In this document: positions 16,801 to 21,311 of the stretch, piece by piece | Position numbering within the stretch: position 1 is the first letter of the stretch | Layout of the letters: every line of letters begins with the position of its first letter | From: Elusimicrobiota bacterium | GTDB taxonomy: Bacteria; Elusimicrobiota; Elusimicrobia; FEN-1173 | Length of the DNA: 39,434 nucleotides | Direction of reading: 5' to 3' | NCBI GenBank assembly: GCA_028278255.1 | Contig: JANQER010000241.1 | Location: 1-39,434, forward strand | Program-made: the position numbers and the translations under genes | The notes under the pieces: model-generated | The model's database searches: none | What the model was told of the DNA's origin: nothing | What the model saw: only the letters and a program-made list of their open reading frames with translations

Positions 16801-17291
16801 TTTGGACTTTGGTCTTTGGTCTTCGGTCTTCGGTCTTCGGTCTGACTGATATTGTCAATTATTTTTGCAATATTGCGTTGCGCTTCCTCAATTCCATGGG
16901 CATCCTGAATATGAACCACAAAAGGCGCATTAGGATCTGCTGACACATGTATTTCCCGAACAGAACCATAGACAGAAACAAGGCTGGCCAATCTATTGCC
17001 AACAGTATGAGCAGGGGACAATGAAGGAACCGAACTGCGGCTATTGATTGGGAAAGTTTGATGGGATGCCTTAGTGGACAGCTGTTGAATGGGTTGAACA
17101 GGGGAACTGGACAACAAAGCCAATTGAGCCTTTAAATGATTTTGCCGTTGGCCTCTCTGATCAAGCGCTTGCCTGCGTTCTTTCCAAAAACCGATTTCAG
17201 CAGAATACACGCCAATGACATTGGTGAGCACCAACACCACAGCCAAAAAAACACTCAATACTGATTTTGTCAATGTGCTAATAGTTATCAT
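7866..17291 (-). CDS. giant multidomain membrane protein (3141 aa): signal anchor, large ectodomain, CPBP-type membrane protease motifs, degenerate GHKL ATPase, phosphoglycerate kinase domain, SAM-dependent methyltransferase domain, HisKA/HATPase_c histidine kinase, unassigned C-terminus
   Basis: One stop-free frame. Motifs, N to C:
- hydrophobic N-terminus, aa 1-30
- EEAVFR (nt 14742-14759) and FLFCH within a polytopic block
- YENALK (nt 13662-13679) plus GGVGMPAARMALEAMG (nt 13383-13430)
- PGK motifs from RVDFN to STGGG (nt 11361-12533)
- VLVVGPGTGID (nt 10497-10529) and SNSPFF (nt 10287-10304)
- H-box NAHDLTSPMS (His codon 9852-9854), N-box LANIIQNAQ, G1 SDNAQGI, G2 RGLGLHIA
The ATG at 17291 has no obvious Shine-Dalgarno sequence. 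A TATAAT (reverse strand, 17299-17304) lies 7 nt upstream. Confidence 0.85.
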   Translation of the reverse strand: MITISTLTKSVLSVFLAVVLVLTNVIGVYSAEIGFWKERRQALDQRGQRQNHLKAQLALLSSSPVQPIQQLSTKASHQTFPINSRSSVPSLSPAHTVGNRLASLVSVYGSVREIHVSADPNAPFVVHIQDAHGIEEAQRNIAKIIDNISQTEDRRPKTKDQSPKSTERRPKAEDQRSKTGELELQQIKNQKSILIGLEGASGAFAVDAYRDFSDDDITKGLADYFLKEGYIGGPEYSALTIDNQSLVELWGIEDLSTYHTNIQAFKDSLKNKTKVQALVSDLKSSLMAQKQKVYSPELKQYEKKATAYQNHEEALGQYVKYLLLNQKAQIKNQKFKNSCLLIQALDREDSLDFGVVEKQRHALIKKLCAKLSSDQLNHLVQQSMDYKTGRMAYGAYYDLLRRLCQKQGMDLKSLAQFNAYIDYVKLSEKMNPNQLLEELSQLEKAVAQSLAVTPEQKKLVTATRYVHLLEKLIHNQMTPKDWEEYKQQTKDDSPIRQTGIIPGGKNPKTIDQDLPRNLLKPFEQFCALAIKRNKSLVDNLLNKQRAKGKETGVGTARAVALGKQPLPMTTDQLPVISVLVAGGFHTKGITELLHQKNASYMVVTPQITAVPKNHDYLNVFARDPIPLEKMLAGEKIFLAAERVMVQDVSQIKAMRGQVFQSLNRFFVPAFESALKNTDMSELEAGDKALTEVLDIEQSFKMEIKQKITDNGFLSVFRYKLGKTRCHLALMTKEKLSMAEHQLEKLGFEHDIHTADITVNGQDYVLVLFKSSLFRFALVESLSYWLEMIQSFIFQNQFIVNVFGSVYGHGARSAAADILEPFVMPMKRFKTWQGRGIYYLLLGVWEEAVFRVGGLIGLPVIFMSYGFDPGTAFVIGLMWSVPVFLFCHTLMRCLVQYKKNVLDWKRVWLEILSEFGILVIAKARLLRAAKEMGKKQRGFLIRFYVSSFVQSRFVLTLVLNAVFMLGLYWLDLFSADAILQVFVLSHYSLPLIFLSFGVVVAMRFARDFWYAVQKSYDEKAQLIVNSVAVTGHGGRFALMNQMANMSFVLGYVFRSDPEQKKLLEKQFRGLDEQFRIYHAQVIGFVRSFLLKGQFRKKDVDELYRIWIKWLKDYQSYLQKLWGKMQNIQKGKGYLVTIKRGLDIVGIVLRMFDPKLAQIQEIDLKKLLNNHEFHTKNGEFKLDNLTIGHQKVLADPMLLCAALEWIYENALKVNQEQGMEKALKSIDLSVVEAGNGFVELIVSNPKAFPRKFLSPLHDWMGLQPLFQVDYARRAAQVNTEDTESDSFYSGGVGMPAARMALEAMGATITAENSKDGTRAITRIKLKSVQKKSITGKRVLTQTFQLGAWIRQMMPDFLVLHKFAQCLRHCARFCRRKSHGLLRLGPTAPTEKFGLRAWPGLFHGMKFEIRWIPVQELLPSMGWMKYMPIQYVVNWITGIDQVSPKDYFKNISVGAGLAPALINQPSGSGQGSARPYEVEYPLSMAMASMNENKGGEDHSQLPDILTFNIRNCLQILMDPEMKSHWPNALKAMSLYVKSLGFQGNVPPEFRDFFLGIWGYQWEEEIERLGDNLDSEMVRGFIDELRQSNAMSLYMVPPHAIKGKTFVVRVDFNDVHFDPKEEKIDDIRLNASVNTMQYILNNGGKVVLVTHSGRPSGEGVEEAYDISHVRNAVSQLMNRDVHLMRGKEVRQKRYAVVTDEIIDHIHGMSAGDVAMLDNTRFDWREQSDDPAEREALAYQVSRLGDVFVLDGFPVSHRSDTTVVEMLKTSMPSVKGFWMERELLIHQKMLRYIKHDKRGSMAAIFGGIKEDKIPLIQDFSEKLRKGDKILIGGKLAGIVQERQYNKWIGNLKIRGVEVVLAEDDVDGLDIGPRTIEKYKRALDEVEAVYWNSPQGNFEDEPYHRGSYAIAHHIKGRIDNGELFAFVSGGETAPLVKAALDLDEEKRVALQQEEREIGETGLNMPVLTISTGGGTSTDYFAYERNIGEDSLWGISPYYLMCVEQGNVHGHNIDDLLEKVKNMPAYELLKALELHQAELVEEEVDQASGLTVMRVRVPERQNPVDPPVGIDVLSNELGPTRGFELLFDENGYLISIFPVVSEELLGEHSDGDECPYHYFDFSEFYFEIPGFDDEQAINKWIRFQKECAQSKEAITRYREERGLSEYVIKAPEPENKPFVFAEFVGVEQGALRLVEFGLEDRGFGQALEKIYDSQSENPRVIFPVFPTVYSPAAGDNYLADRIYMLTVYSVGQALGEDKEGGVLVVGPGTGIDAWVAWLGTNSNRDIYAVGINPFEVANMRFFAKQAGFRVTAKVGNNVLNEKREPVFGDKKIALVCSNSPFFETLTEEERKERIGKLKRLTGATDLESLSDEALLTCFEVIRKEYVRQGVMRPKKLAGFHDGDRGSFISELAQGVSQLPGIEEGFLVLWGEESNGVVEEVLTFNGLDIIETFPDPEYSHNLVYLVGVQDMNGRTLKEAKLAAAANAHDLTSPMSVLGAQLKFLSDDNALVQADRNWMSGFYDLSKNLKTFLEQVQNGKTIADVNKANKQIKNILSKIDEVYLFEMAREKLTKIYQELSVDDFSAKEDALKIVFVQYVLRDYFAAFRDEEELVDLDHLFDVIFAGHAHEVVNRENTVIHYGGGHQILKTNKLALFRALANIIQNAQYFIAEMKDDITMRGLLEKQGLQISEREVELQDISGKMRIETEIVNQGKDMEIRISDNAQGIPLKIRDSVFERGVSSKLDTGGRNLSRGLGLHIAKKCIERCNGTISFKTRHVDEYPQDHGTTFVITLPLGKSSLSEEEWIQYVLDQTVLPQVKKLSDETEKLNPRIEVDIDPVQVKNQVKLRLFLGESEEAEDVSWQNVEGLLDTLTLPSPIKGEGQFQATEGLVRGMNFQNLEELREVLGVLQSRIRSNVKVIEERAKECDALIRVLGLNVGLMSGLGQKREMVFYIGVLQRTLDIVEDLSPQKILALMAQGFEFGFGLAAHEKAKIHSINEIKSDQPCVVHVPGNLLNIERTEALTVAKTLLKKNGEAPVVVVTDDDKLSVSEALGSESQRLIVMSNNEVKCSVDKVIERLVSDQKYQSMDFERKGVQLQVLSPVIMNWTVTPQYSQAAVLLQIIGNMVIKIATDEFDRLRKLSEMIGSNA
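12920..12941. repeat. GC-rich palindrome GGGCGGGGCAAGCCCCGCCCC read through in frame inside the giant ORF
   Basis: It is near-identical to 37708-37728 inside the glcD-glcE-like ORF. Both are translated as AGLAPA. Confidence 0.8.
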
Positions 17292-17417
17292 GTTAATTAT
17301 TATAGTGATTTGATCTTAAGAACACCTTAATAAGTTGTAACATTTATGTAAAATTAAAATAAGCACTTTAATTTAGAAATTAATTTAGAAATTAAAATCA
17401 AAAATGTGCTTTTTGTG

Positions 17418-17445
17418 TTGATAATTAAATAAATTATGGTATACT
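17418..17445 (+). promoter_or_regulatory. candidate sigma-70 promoter with extended -10 in the giant-ORF/trxB intergenic region
   Basis: TTGATA (17418-17423), a 16-nt spacer ending in TGG, then TATACT (17440-17445). No long ORF follows until trxB at 17820. Confidence 0.4.
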
Positions 17446-17587
17446 TTATATGAATAAAAGATGTGCACTTTTTTATGCTGACACCTTACATTTTTTCATC
17501 TGCCCAATGGATACCTGAATTCCTTGAATCTTAGCCCGAATTTCTCTGACAAAAGGGACTGTTGCGAAAGTCAAATAGGACTAACTT

Positions 17588-17621
17588 GTCTCCCTTCTCC
17601 CGCTTGCGGGAGAAGGGAGAC
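17588..17621. other. perfect 15-bp stem / 4-nt loop hairpin, flanked by a second outer inverted repeat
   Basis: The hairpin is GTCTCCCTTCTCCCG-CTTG-CGGGAGAAGGGAGAC, followed by GACTGATTTT. The outer arms GTTGCGAAA..AATAGG (17561-17579) and CCTATTTCGCAAC (17672-17684) can also pair. Confidence 0.6.
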
Positions 17622-17819
17622 GACTGATTTTCCCTCTTATATCTCTTAAGTAGCCCTAAAAATTCTTTAAGCCTATTTCGCAACTGATATAAGACATTAC
17701 AATATTGATACTTTTTTATAAATTTTATATTGTGTGTCATATAATTTCTTTTGTGCTTGTTTCTTGGTTATTGGTTATTATTTGGTTATTGTTTCTTGGA
17801 ACTTGTAATTTTTAAGACT

Positions 17820-18758
17820 ATGAACACACGCAATGTGATTATTATTGGATCAGGTCCGGCAGGATTTACAGCTGCTATTTATGCGGCGCGGGCCAATTTG
17901 CAGCCTGTGGTGATTGCCGGATTCATGAAGGGCGGTCAGTCAGGCGGGCAGCTCATGACCACCACCGATGTGGGCAACTTTCCCGGATTTCCCGAAGGCA
18001 TAGAAGGGCCTGCGCTCATGAACCGCATCAGAAAACAGGCGCTCAACTATGACACGGAAGTTTTTGACAAAGATGTTGTCAAAGTTGACTTTTCCGAGAC
18101 GCCTTTTAAAATCTGGACTGAAGACGAAGAAATGTCCGCCAAAACCGTGATCATCTGCACCGGGGCTTCAGCCAAGAGATTCCACACGGAAGCTGAAAAT
18201 CGTTTTTGGAACAAAGGCATCTCAGCCTGCGCCACATGTGACGGGGCCCTGCCTCTCTTTCGCAACAAACCCATTGTGGTGATTGGCGGCGGGGACACAG
18301 CCATGGAAGAAGCCCTTTATTTGTCGCGGTTCGGTTCCCAGATTATCCTGGTGCACCGCAGAGAACAATTCCGCGCGTCAAACATCATGCTGCAGCATGT
18401 GAAAAACAACAAAAAAATCATATTGAAAACCCCTTATGTCTTGGAAGACACAATGGGAAGCCATTTTCTGGAAAGAGTCAAGCTTAAAAATGTCAGCACA
18501 AAACAAAAAGAAGAGGTCCCGGCCAATGGGCTTTTTCTGGCCATAGGGCATCAACCCAATACAGACATTTTTAAAGGCCAGATTGATCTGGAAGAAACAG
18601 ATTATATCAAAACCGACGGCCACACCCGCACCAATGTGCCTGGTGTTTTTGCTGCAGGCGACTGCGTGGACCATGTGTACCGCCAGGCCATAACAGCCGC
18701 TGGCATGGGCTGCATGGCCGCCCTCCAAGCCCAAAAACACCTACAAAACAACAACTAG
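17820..18758 (+). CDS. trxB: thioredoxin-disulfide reductase
   Basis: The conserved start MNTRNVIIIGSGPAGFTAAIYAARA is at ATG 17820. The track ORF starts at TTG 17751 and reads through a GGTTATT repeat. Present are the redox-active CATCDG, the NADPH motif VIGGGDTAMEEA and GVFAAGD. Confidence 0.93.
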   Translation: MNTRNVIIIGSGPAGFTAAIYAARANLQPVVIAGFMKGGQSGGQLMTTTDVGNFPGFPEGIEGPALMNRIRKQALNYDTEVFDKDVVKVDFSETPFKIWTEDEEMSAKTVIICTGASAKRFHTEAENRFWNKGISACATCDGALPLFRNKPIVVIGGGDTAMEEALYLSRFGSQIILVHRREQFRASNIMLQHVKNNKKIILKTPYVLEDTMGSHFLERVKLKNVSTKQKEEVPANGLFLAIGHQPNTDIFKGQIDLEETDYIKTDGHTRTNVPGVFAAGDCVDHVYRQAITAAGMGCMAALQAQKHLQNNN

Positions 18759-18805
18759 TTTCCCGTCCATTTTAAAAAATTATGCTCCTGTTCAGGTCTC
18801 CTCTG

Positions 18806-18919
18806 TTTTTTTTGTAATTGCCTGATTGATCAGGCGCATTTCTCAATAGACAATAAACAATTATTGAAAAACGCCCGATAAATCTATCCATATCCGGCTT
18901 TAGACGGAGGGCAATGACA
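18806..18919. repeat. MITE-like ~110-bp element with terminal inverted repeats TTTTGTAATTGCC / GGCAATGACA
   Basis: The left end is TTTTGTAATTGCCTGATTGATCAGGCG. The right part is AAAAACGCCCGATAAATCTATCCATATCCGGCTTTAGACGGAGGGCAATGACA. The same composite element occurs at 35428-35533, and a rearranged version at 36867-37030. Confidence 0.75.
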
Positions 18920-19076
18920 GGGACATGAGCAGTTATTTTAAATTTTCTTTTTTGTTTAGAATTTAGAGTTTAAAACCCCTCCCCTCCCCCTTTTTCATCC
19001 CATTGATATAAAGTTTACCGCCATAACTCCTATATATATTATATGAGACACCCCATGAAGATGAAAATTTGTTCAT

Positions 19077-21221
19077 GTGAAGAGGTATGCTGTGGATAAT
19101 ATAACAGCCACAAACTTATTCTTAATGGCCGGGCTTATAGACAAGGATGAGGTCAAAACCGTTCTTGAGGAAAACAGCAAGAAATCCGGTGAAAAGATTG
19201 AAGACACCATGGTCCGCCTGCACTTTGCTTCGGAGCAGGAGCTGACCAAAGTCTATGCCAAGCATTTGGGGGTGCCTTATATTGAGCTGAGCTGCATCCG
19301 GGCTGACCAAAAAGCCATTTCCTCAGTGCCCATGACGCTGGCCAACCAGCACAATGTTCTTCCTGTATGGATAGAAGACAACACCCTATTTCTTGCCATG
19401 GAAAACCCTGAAAACAAAACAGCCATTGAATCAGTCCAATCCACCACAGGCATGAATGTCAAACCCCATATGTGCGCGCCAATTGATATTGCCTCTGCCA
19501 TTGATGAATATTATCATGTGGATGAATCCATTAACGAATACATCAAAAATGTGTCTTACCGGGAAAGCATTGAACTGCTCTCAGGCAGTGTGTCTTCAGC
19601 GCCGGCCTCAAAGCAAGACGAAGCTGTTCAGCATTTCCTCAATGCGGTTCTGTTCCAAAGCCTCTCCAATCACGCCGAATCAGTGATGCTTCAACCCAGA
19701 CAAAAAGACCTATTGATTCTCAATCAAATTGACGGCATATCCTATGAAGCCATGCATGCGCCCAAATGGATCATCAAGCCATTCGTGTCTTATATCAAAG
19801 CACAATGCCGCATGCCCGCTTCTGAAACCAGTGAACAGCAGCAAGGCCAAATAAAAATCCGCGTGGAAGAAAATGTGTTTGAATGCAAAATAATTGTTCA
19901 ATCCGGTGTTTACGGCAGCCATGTGTACATACGGTTTATTAATCCACATAAACGTTTTTTGGCCCTGGATGAACTGGGCTTCAGTCCTGACCTTGTGTCT
20001 GATATCAAACACACAATACACAGCGCCAAAGGAACTCTTTTGCTCTGCGGCACCTCAGGCAGCGGCAGGACAACCACCCTATACAGTCTGCTGGCAGACG
20101 CTCTCCGGCACAAACAAATCGTGACTTTGGAAAATCCGGTTGAACACCCTCTGGCAGGCGCTAAACAAGTATGTGCGAATGAATCCAGTGGAATATCACG
20201 CTCCCTGTATCTGGAAACAATTTTCAGCGTGCAGCAGGACATTGTTTATGCCGGAGACATCCTTGACAGAAAAATCGCTGAAAATATACTGCAGGCCTCA
20301 TTAAAAAACCGTTTGGTCATGGGATCCATGCACGCAAAAAGTTCCATTGCGGGCATCCGGCGCCTGTTGGACATGCCGGTCCCGCCTGACCTGGCCGCGA
20401 CTGGCCTGTGCGGCGTCCTGACGCAAAAGCTTGTTCGCACCCTCTGCGATCATTGCCGGACCCCGCATGAGCCCAGCGAAGAGGATGCTCAAAAAATTCA
20501 GGCCCTCATTGGCCGGGAACCGGATTTTGTTTTGTACAAAGGCAAGGGGTGCGTCAAATGCCGCCGCACCGGATACCAAGGACGAATTGGGATATTCGAA
20601 TTTTTGAAAATCACTGATCCTGTACGCGCCATCATCAGACAAAACCCGGACAGCGCCCAATTAAAAGAAGCTGTTGAAAAAAACACCATGAAAACGCTTC
20701 TGAATGATGCCATGGACAAACTTCAGCAGGGCATCACCACGTGGGAAGAAATCAAGCGGGTGATTCTCACTGACTGCGATGATCTCCCTGCTGCTTCAGG
20801 GGATGACTCACTTGCCGCTTCATTGCCGGACACAAATGACTTCAAAGGATTCAAAATTCACATATGCGATGATGAACCGGCTGTGGCGCATCTCTTTGAA
20901 AAACATTTGAAGCATCAAGGTTTTTGCACAAATGTCTCTTACAACGGCAAACAAGCCCTTGAAAAGATCGCTGTTGAAAAGCCTCATCTGCTGGTCATTG
21001 ATGTCATGATGCCGGAACTGAACGGACTGGAAGTGATCAAAACACTGAAGCAAGACGTGACCACTGCTTTTATTCCCATTATGATCATTTCCAATAAAAA
21101 CACAGCCCGGGACAAGCTGAAAGGATACGAATCAGGCACAGACGATTATCTGCCAAAACCGTTTTTACCGCAAGAACTGCTGATCAGGGTAAAATCTTTG
21201 CTCAAAAGAGTATATGTATGA
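19077..21221 (+). CDS. GspE/PilB-family secretion/pilus ATPase homologue with degenerate catalytic motifs, fused to a C-terminal response-regulator receiver domain
   Basis: 714 aa with a GTG start.
- T2SSE_N-like N-terminus: LFLMAGLIDKDEV...FASEQELTKVYAKHLGVPYIEL
- Walker A reads GTSGSGRTTT (Arg codon AGG 20067-20069 where Lys is expected)
- Asp box LENPVE, Walker B region YAGDILD, His box GSMHAKS
- tetra-Cys CDHC...CVKC is retained
- REC domain about nt 20850-21215: ICDDEP, LLVIDVMMPELNG, IISNK, LPKPF. Confidence 0.85.
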   Translation: MKRYAVDNITATNLFLMAGLIDKDEVKTVLEENSKKSGEKIEDTMVRLHFASEQELTKVYAKHLGVPYIELSCIRADQKAISSVPMTLANQHNVLPVWIEDNTLFLAMENPENKTAIESVQSTTGMNVKPHMCAPIDIASAIDEYYHVDESINEYIKNVSYRESIELLSGSVSSAPASKQDEAVQHFLNAVLFQSLSNHAESVMLQPRQKDLLILNQIDGISYEAMHAPKWIIKPFVSYIKAQCRMPASETSEQQQGQIKIRVEENVFECKIIVQSGVYGSHVYIRFINPHKRFLALDELGFSPDLVSDIKHTIHSAKGTLLLCGTSGSGRTTTLYSLLADALRHKQIVTLENPVEHPLAGAKQVCANESSGISRSLYLETIFSVQQDIVYAGDILDRKIAENILQASLKNRLVMGSMHAKSSIAGIRRLLDMPVPPDLAATGLCGVLTQKLVRTLCDHCRTPHEPSEEDAQKIQALIGREPDFVLYKGKGCVKCRRTGYQGRIGIFEFLKITDPVRAIIRQNPDSAQLKEAVEKNTMKTLLNDAMDKLQQGITTWEEIKRVILTDCDDLPAASGDDSLAASLPDTNDFKGFKIHICDDEPAVAHLFEKHLKHQGFCTNVSYNGKQALEKIAVEKPHLLVIDVMMPELNGLEVIKTLKQDVTTAFIPIMIISNKNTARDKLKGYESGTDDYLPKPFLPQELLIRVKSLLKRVYV

Positions 21222-21311
21222 TGAGCAAAGGCCAATCCCATCCGGCGAGCAGGGACCATACCTCGCGGCATGGAGAGCATAGAGCATGGGAATTGACTGT
21301 TGGAGGATTTT

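Noticed and set aside
7866-17291. The giant ORF as an artefact of an alternative genetic code or of concatenated genes in a mis-assembly
   Set aside because: The frame is open under the standard code. Flanking genes also translate normally with all three standard stops, so stop-codon reassignment is unnecessary. The domain junctions show no abrupt sequence discontinuities that I can see. Mis-assembly cannot be excluded without reads, so it is listed as a refutation test.
17531-17740. 69-aa reverse-strand ORF in the giant-ORF/trxB spacer
   Set aside because: It reads straight through the perfect 34-nt hairpin and the outer inverted repeat. It has no ribosome-binding site, and its Lys/Arg-rich low-complexity translation looks non-coding.
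17751-17819. N-terminal extension of trxB in the ORF track (TTG start, MCLFLGYWLLFGYCFLELVIFKT)
   Set aside because: The extension is the translation of the GGTTATT repeat block. The conserved TrxB N-terminus and FAD-binding GSGPAG follow directly after the ATG at 17820.
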